From IMG/VR virus record IMGVR_UViG_3300046804_005146, positions 17,509 to 81,508 of that record: 64,000 nucleotides of DNA; one strand, written 5' to 3'. The DNA comes from a virus. A model generated the notes under the pieces. The model saw only the letters and a program-made list of their open reading frames with translations, had not been told where the DNA came from and did not search any database. This document shows, one piece after another, positions 59,338 through 64,000 of this stretch (the first letter of the stretch is position 1; each line of letters opens with the position of its first letter). The translations under genes were made by a program, and so were the position numbers.

Positions 59338-59703
59338 ATGAACGGACAATATCAAAATTTTATAGAAGAATTACCTTCTCTACAACCTTATAGATACGAA
59401 AATATATTTAAATTGTATCAAACAGAAGAAGGTAAATTTTACTTTTACAATATTTTAAAAACAATTCAATCTCCTAAAGACCTTAATAATACAATATTTG
59501 ATGTTGCAATATTACCACCTAGTGTACCATTAACAACTTTAAGTTACAATCTATACGGTACCACATATCTTTGGTGGTTAATTTGCTTAATTAACGATAT
59601 TAAAACCCCGTTTGATCCATCACTTTCAGGTAAAAGTTTAAAAATAATAAAAAGAGAATATATAAAACCGATATTAGATAATATACAGCAGCAACTACAA
59701 TGA
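59338..59703 (+). CDS. 53: Baseplate wedge protein gp53-like
   Basis: LSYNLYGTTYLWWLICLIN. Confidence 0.75.
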   Translation: MNGQYQNFIEELPSLQPYRYENIFKLYQTEEGKFYFYNILKTIQSPKDLNNTIFDVAILPPSVPLTTLSYNLYGTTYLWWLICLINDIKTPFDPSLSGKSLKIIKREYIKPILDNIQQQLQ

Positions 59704-61259
59704 GAAATAGCGATTTTTTTAGTTATAATGTGGATTCTTATCTAGATTATGTAAGCCTAATAAACAAGAAAAATTATTTGTTTAAAGCTACATTGATTAA
59801 CCCATCAGGTGTAACAGTAGATCTTTATAAAAGTGCTATAAAAGAATTATATTTAAACGATAATCTATTTAGCCCATTTTTTACAGGTAAATTAGTGGTA
59901 GATAACAGGGAAGATGCTATTGAACGATATTTTTCTGATCAAACAAAAGCAGAATTTTCAGATTATAATATTATATTGAGAGGTTATAGAACAAGAGGCG
60001 ACGGAAGAGATCTTCTACTACTAACTATTATACCTTTATTGGATAATAATAACCCATATGATGAATCATCTGAAGAATTTAATAAAGAGTATGGGCTTCA
60101 ATATAGATTCGTATTAGCAAATGAGACTGACGCATTTGATGAACAAGGTAAGCTTAAAAAATACGATATAAAAGATTTTGATTTACAAATATTATCAGAA
60201 AAGAAGATATTTTTTAGTTCTTCTAAATTATTAGAGCAAAAAAATATTTCTAACTTATCTAATGCCGATAGAAGTGTTGAAACAGGTAAAATGTTAAAAA
60301 AGATTTTAACAGACGGGTTAAATTCTAATAATTTATTTTATTACGACAATAATGGTCAAACTCCATATTTTGAAGATGGTGATAGTAAGTTTTTTTATAC
60401 ATCACCAGCAGAATCTACAGCTTTAGATGATTTAAATTATGTAATGGATTATCATGTATCAAATAGCCCAGCAAAAGATTTTTCATTTCTTAAAAAAGAT
60501 AATTATACAGGTGAATACACACTCTTAAGTTTGAGTAATTTGTTTAAAAATGCTTATGATAAACAAAATGATGCTGGAGGAGGATTATTTACTGAAAACT
60601 TTACCATATCGAATGCTCAAAGCGTAAATTCAGTTATACCTAACGATTTAAAAAAGCCAAGACTATCATTTGAATTTGGTGAAATAGGTGACGTAAAAGA
60701 AATAAAGTTTTTTAACCCCTCAGGTTCAAGCTACCAAAATAAAGTAAAAACGTCTTTAGTGCACAGTCATAACTTTAATGCAAAACAGTTTATTATTAAT
60801 TGTGTGGATGGAAATATAGAAAACGTGAAGACAGTTTTTACTGAAAATTACGTCAAACCGATGAAAGGTAAAAACGACTCACCAGCACCAAATTTAATAT
60901 TAAATAATACCCAAAAAACTAATCAAAACTATGATAACAAATTTCTAGTATATGCAAATCATTCAGATTCATTGCAATTAGCGCTAGGAAGGAATAGAAT
61001 ACTTAAAAATGCATTTTTACAGAATTTAGGTATTGAATTAGTTGTTGAAGGGTCAATGCATAGAAAAACTGGAAGATTCATTAGTATAGATAGAAATGGT
61101 ACTTACGTTGATAATGATTTTGATGATAAATTTTTAGGAATATATCTTATCGTTAACGTTGAACATGTATTTGTAAATGATGAGCAATATTTCAATAAAA
61201 TAATAGCGATAAAAACGTACCAATTTAAAGATCTTAAAAACAGTGAAGATGTAATATGA
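59700..61259 (+). CDS. Baseplate hub protein (gp27-like)
   Basis: DNLFSPFFTGKL, VEGSMHRKTG, GIYLIVNVEHVF. Confidence 0.55.
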   Translation: MRNSDFFSYNVDSYLDYVSLINKKNYLFKATLINPSGVTVDLYKSAIKELYLNDNLFSPFFTGKLVVDNREDAIERYFSDQTKAEFSDYNIILRGYRTRGDGRDLLLLTIIPLLDNNNPYDESSEEFNKEYGLQYRFVLANETDAFDEQGKLKKYDIKDFDLQILSEKKIFFSSSKLLEQKNISNLSNADRSVETGKMLKKILTDGLNSNNLFYYDNNGQTPYFEDGDSKFFYTSPAESTALDDLNYVMDYHVSNSPAKDFSFLKKDNYTGEYTLLSLSNLFKNAYDKQNDAGGGLFTENFTISNAQSVNSVIPNDLKKPRLSFEFGEIGDVKEIKFFNPSGSSYQNKVKTSLVHSHNFNAKQFIINCVDGNIENVKTVFTENYVKPMKGKNDSPAPNLILNNTQKTNQNYDNKFLVYANHSDSLQLALGRNRILKNAFLQNLGIELVVEGSMHRKTGRFISIDRNGTYVDNDFDDKFLGIYLIVNVEHVFVNDEQYFNKIIAIKTYQFKDLKNSEDVI

Positions 61260-62143
61260 GCTATAAAACAACACTTTTACCAGATTATGTGGGAGTTATA
61301 CAAGCTACTAGTGTAGACTTCTACAATAAAACAACAAACATACTAGATGCTATTGGAGATTATTTGGCTGAATTAAATGAAAACATTGAGTTTGATAAGG
61401 CTAAATTATCCCCGGACATGTTGAAAGCTTATGGTAATTTATATAATGTATTAAATGCTACCAATTTTACAGTTCCTAATTATAATGAATCTGGTGAAGA
61501 AGTGGGTATGAAACGTATGGATAATAATTTTAAAATGTATTTTATAGAAAAATACATGTCGTTATCTGAGGAGTATAAAGCTAGAGTCGATGAATCTATA
61601 CAAAACAACACCTTATTTAAACCATTTTCAGATGATATAGGTATGATATCTGATACAGTGTCCGTTTTTGATAATAGTGTTAATCCTATATTCGACGTTT
61701 ACGGTACTTTATACTTCACTCAAACAAATATACCAGCTTCTATTTTAAATAAAATTTCCAACAATGAATTAACAGTATCAAAGACGTTTAGTTTTTATGC
61801 TGACTGTTTATTAAAGAAAAATTTAAGTTTAATACAAAATAACGTAAGTCAAATTACAGCTACTTTACCTCACGGTACAAATTTAGTTACTGATTTGTAT
61901 TATTATAATAGGTCGATAGTTAATCAAATACCTACACTGAATGTAATAAGAAGTGTGTTAGGTAATTTAACTAGTTTTGTATTTTTCTTCAAACAACTAA
62001 ATCCTAAAGATTTAGATCCAGAACGTAAAGCAATTCTATTTAAGTATACAAACACTAATATGGAGAATGCAATTATAAACTTAGATACCTTAAAGAACCA
62101 GTTAACTAAGTTGGAAGTTTCTTCTCAGTTTGCACTGTCGTAG
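61256..62143 (+). CDS. Hypothetical structural-module protein
   Basis: 295-aa ORF coupled to the upstream gene by an ATGA overlap. Confidence 0.5.
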   Translation: MSYKTTLLPDYVGVIQATSVDFYNKTTNILDAIGDYLAELNENIEFDKAKLSPDMLKAYGNLYNVLNATNFTVPNYNESGEEVGMKRMDNNFKMYFIEKYMSLSEEYKARVDESIQNNTLFKPFSDDIGMISDTVSVFDNSVNPIFDVYGTLYFTQTNIPASILNKISNNELTVSKTFSFYADCLLKKNLSLIQNNVSQITATLPHGTNLVTDLYYYNRSIVNQIPTLNVIRSVLGNLTSFVFFFKQLNPKDLDPERKAILFKYTNTNMENAIINLDTLKNQLTKLEVSSQFALS

Positions 62144-62621
62144 CTTCTACATTAACTATCTTTGCTTCGTTTAATAGTTTCTCTAACAATTCTTCTCTAT
62201 TCATTGTTAGTTTACCTTGAATGCTGACTTGTTGCATTTGCTTTCTACTTTCAATATCCATGGTTTTGATCTTCACTTTAGTATCTGTATCCATGTTTTT
62301 AAGTTTAACTCTACTCTCTTCTTCTTTATTAGCTAATAAAATTTTATTAAGACTTTCTATGGCAGCAGCTGATGAAGCGACTAACTTAGCCAATGCTTCT
62401 ACATCTTCAGAAGTAGGGGAAGAAGATATAAACTGTTTCATATCATCTACGAAATCTACACTACCTTTAACTAACTTACCAGAATACTGCAATAAAAACT
62501 GCTCTAAATTCTCTTTCTTAACTGGATCATCTGTATTACGTATCTCTTTAGAAATAGTCTGAGTTTGATTAAGCTGATCAATTAATTGATTAACTGCTGA
62601 ATCTACATCTTTATCATCCAT
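62106..62621 (-). CDS. Probable terminase small subunit (gp16-like)
   Basis: Helical SPTSEDVEALAKLV...LNKI core and C-terminal REELLEKL resemble gp16; ATG 62621 is 5 nt after TAAGTA. Confidence 0.45.
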   Translation of the reverse strand: MDDKDVDSAVNQLIDQLNQTQTISKEIRNTDDPVKKENLEQFLLQYSGKLVKGSVDFVDDMKQFISSSPTSEDVEALAKLVASSAAAIESLNKILLANKEEESRVKLKNMDTDTKVKIKTMDIESRKQMQQVSIQGKLTMNREELLEKLLNEAKIVNVEATTVQTEKKLPT

Positions 62622-62677
62622 ACTATTACTTATGGTGTTCTTTATTGATTTAAAGTGCATGTATTCTATAATAGGTT

Positions 62678-63169
62678 ATGTTTCCAGTAGATATTGAATT
62701 TTTAATGACACATGATTCGGCTGTACTACCTAAGTACAACCACGCAGATCCATACACAGGTGATTCAGGCCTGGATGTATGTTCAGTAGCAGAAGTTATG
62801 ATTCCAGCTAGAGGTTCAGCAGTAATTCCTGTTGGATTGAAGCTTGCTTATATTACACCAGGTTATTGGTTTAGAGTTGAAGGTAGATCTGGGCTAGGAT
62901 TTAATAAGAGTATCTTCCCTCATTTTGGCATTATTGATAACCCGTATAGAGGTGATATGGGCATCAAGCTCTACAATAATAGTGATTTAAATTATACGGT
63001 TAAATCTGGTGATAAGATTGCTCAACTTATTGTTTACCCTCTCATTCAGGCCAATGTTAAGTGGACAACCCAAGTAAAAGATTCAAAACGTGGTGAAAAG
63101 GGTTTTGGTTCCTCTGATAAGCTTCTACCTAATGAAACGACTGTAAACGGAACTATTACACAAATCTAA
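62678..63169 (+). CDS. dut: Trimeric dUTPase
   Basis: SGLDV, GRSGLG, GIIDNPYRG, GDKIAQL, RGEKGFGSS. Confidence 0.93.
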   Translation: MFPVDIEFLMTHDSAVLPKYNHADPYTGDSGLDVCSVAEVMIPARGSAVIPVGLKLAYITPGYWFRVEGRSGLGFNKSIFPHFGIIDNPYRGDMGIKLYNNSDLNYTVKSGDKIAQLIVYPLIQANVKWTTQVKDSKRGEKGFGSSDKLLPNETTVNGTITQI

Positions 63170-63170
63170 T

Positions 63171-64000
63171 ATGTTCAATAACCTTTGGATCGAAAAGTAT
63201 AGACCTACAACTCTGGAGGAGATGATTCTTTCTCCAGAGAATAGGAACTATTTTCAGAATATTAAAGACGAAATACCTAATATGCTATTAGTAGGAACTC
63301 CTGGTATTGGAAAAACTACTATAGCTCGTATTTTAGTTAGAGATATTCTTAAATGTAATTATTATTACATTAACGCATCAGATGAAAATGGTATTGATAC
63401 AATTCGATACAAAGTTAGTGGGTTTTCACAGACAAAAAGTATTGATGGTAAAATTAAAGTAGTAGTTCTAGATGAAGCAGACGGTATAACCATTGACGGT
63501 CAAAGAGCTCTTCGTAATATTATGGAGGAGTACAGTGGTTATACCCGCTTTATTTTAACTGCAAACTACAAACACAAGATTATACCAGCTATTCAAAGTA
63601 GAACGCAATGCTTTGATTTAAATCCAAGCATTCAAGATGTAGTTAACCGTGTTATACACATTCTAAAGAATGAAAAGATCAAGGTACCTCCTACCGAACA
63701 GTCAAAGCTAGTTAAGATTATTAAGGAAAGTTTCCCTGATATTAGAAAGACCATCAATACAGTACAAAAATACTGTGTAGCAGGAACACTTACTATAACT
63801 GTTAATGATGTTCAGAAAGAGACACCAGGTGTAATTGATGAGTATCTACAGAATAAAAATGTATTAGGTTTGAGAAAGCATTTGATCGAGCATGAAACAG
63901 AGTTTCAAGCAGATTATAGTTCCGTTTTAAAGAGTTATCTCAACTTTATCTACAATTCAGCGTATGATGACATGAAAAAACGTCAAATGATCATCACTAT
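63171..64000 (+). CDS. 44: Clamp loader large subunit gp44, truncated at window edge
   Basis: Read manually: LWIEKYRP, GTPGIGKTT, INASDENGID, LDEADG, ALR; not in the ORF track. Confidence 0.9.
   Translation, partial: MFNNLWIEKYRPTTLEEMILSPENRNYFQNIKDEIPNMLLVGTPGIGKTTIARILVRDILKCNYYYINASDENGIDTIRYKVSGFSQTKSIDGKIKVVVLDEADGITIDGQRALRNIMEEYSGYTRFILTANYKHKIIPAIQSRTQCFDLNPSIQDVVNRVIHILKNEKIKVPPTEQSKLVKIIKESFPDIRKTINTVQKYCVAGTLTITVNDVQKETPGVIDEYLQNKNVLGLRKHLIEHETEFQADYSSVLKSYLNFIYNSAYDDMKKRQMIIT

Noticed and set aside
4640-62562. Short overlapping ORFs in the track (for example 4640..4840, 10416..10736, 25394..25729, 39144..39596, 47528..48478 plus-strand set, 52096..52404, 56429..56767, 62221..62562)
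   Set aside because: Antisense or off-frame shadows of well-supported genes, with no motifs or start signals
1-64000. tRNA genes, CRISPR arrays, introns/inteins and stop-codon reassignment
   Set aside because: No cloverleaf or repeat-spacer pattern seen; polymerase, helicase and terminase have normal lengths; genes are intact in code 11 and use all three stops

Overview
AT-rich 64 kb segment of a large lytic T4-like myovirus genome, standard genetic code, with no tRNA, CRISPR array, integrase or intron seen. It holds a T4-type replication/recombination core (uvsY, uvsW, 55, 47, 46, 43, uvsX, 41, 32, 45, 61, partial 44, thyX, dut) and a packaging/tail module (14, 17, 18, 19, baseplate genes, probable small terminase). 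Accessory content includes: an operon of at least 9 glycosyltransferase-like genes; a dispersed 7-deazaguanine pathway (folE, queD, queE, queC plus a stand-alone class II glutamine amidotransferase, GNAT and glycosyltransferase) with altered metal-binding motifs and no dpdA in view; and about 15 proteins with T4 capsid-targeting-like N-termini. The strongest leads are a late, probably capsid-packaged operon (retropepsin-like protease, 6xHTH-methyltransferase-fold protein, 2xHTH protein), a promoter-bounded ~100 nt structured non-coding RNA between queD and folE, apparently leaderless transcription across the window, a lipoprotein/coiled-coil/3-TM spanin-like protein, and a one-base frameshift in gene 47. 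All calls come from reading motifs by eye; no searches were run.
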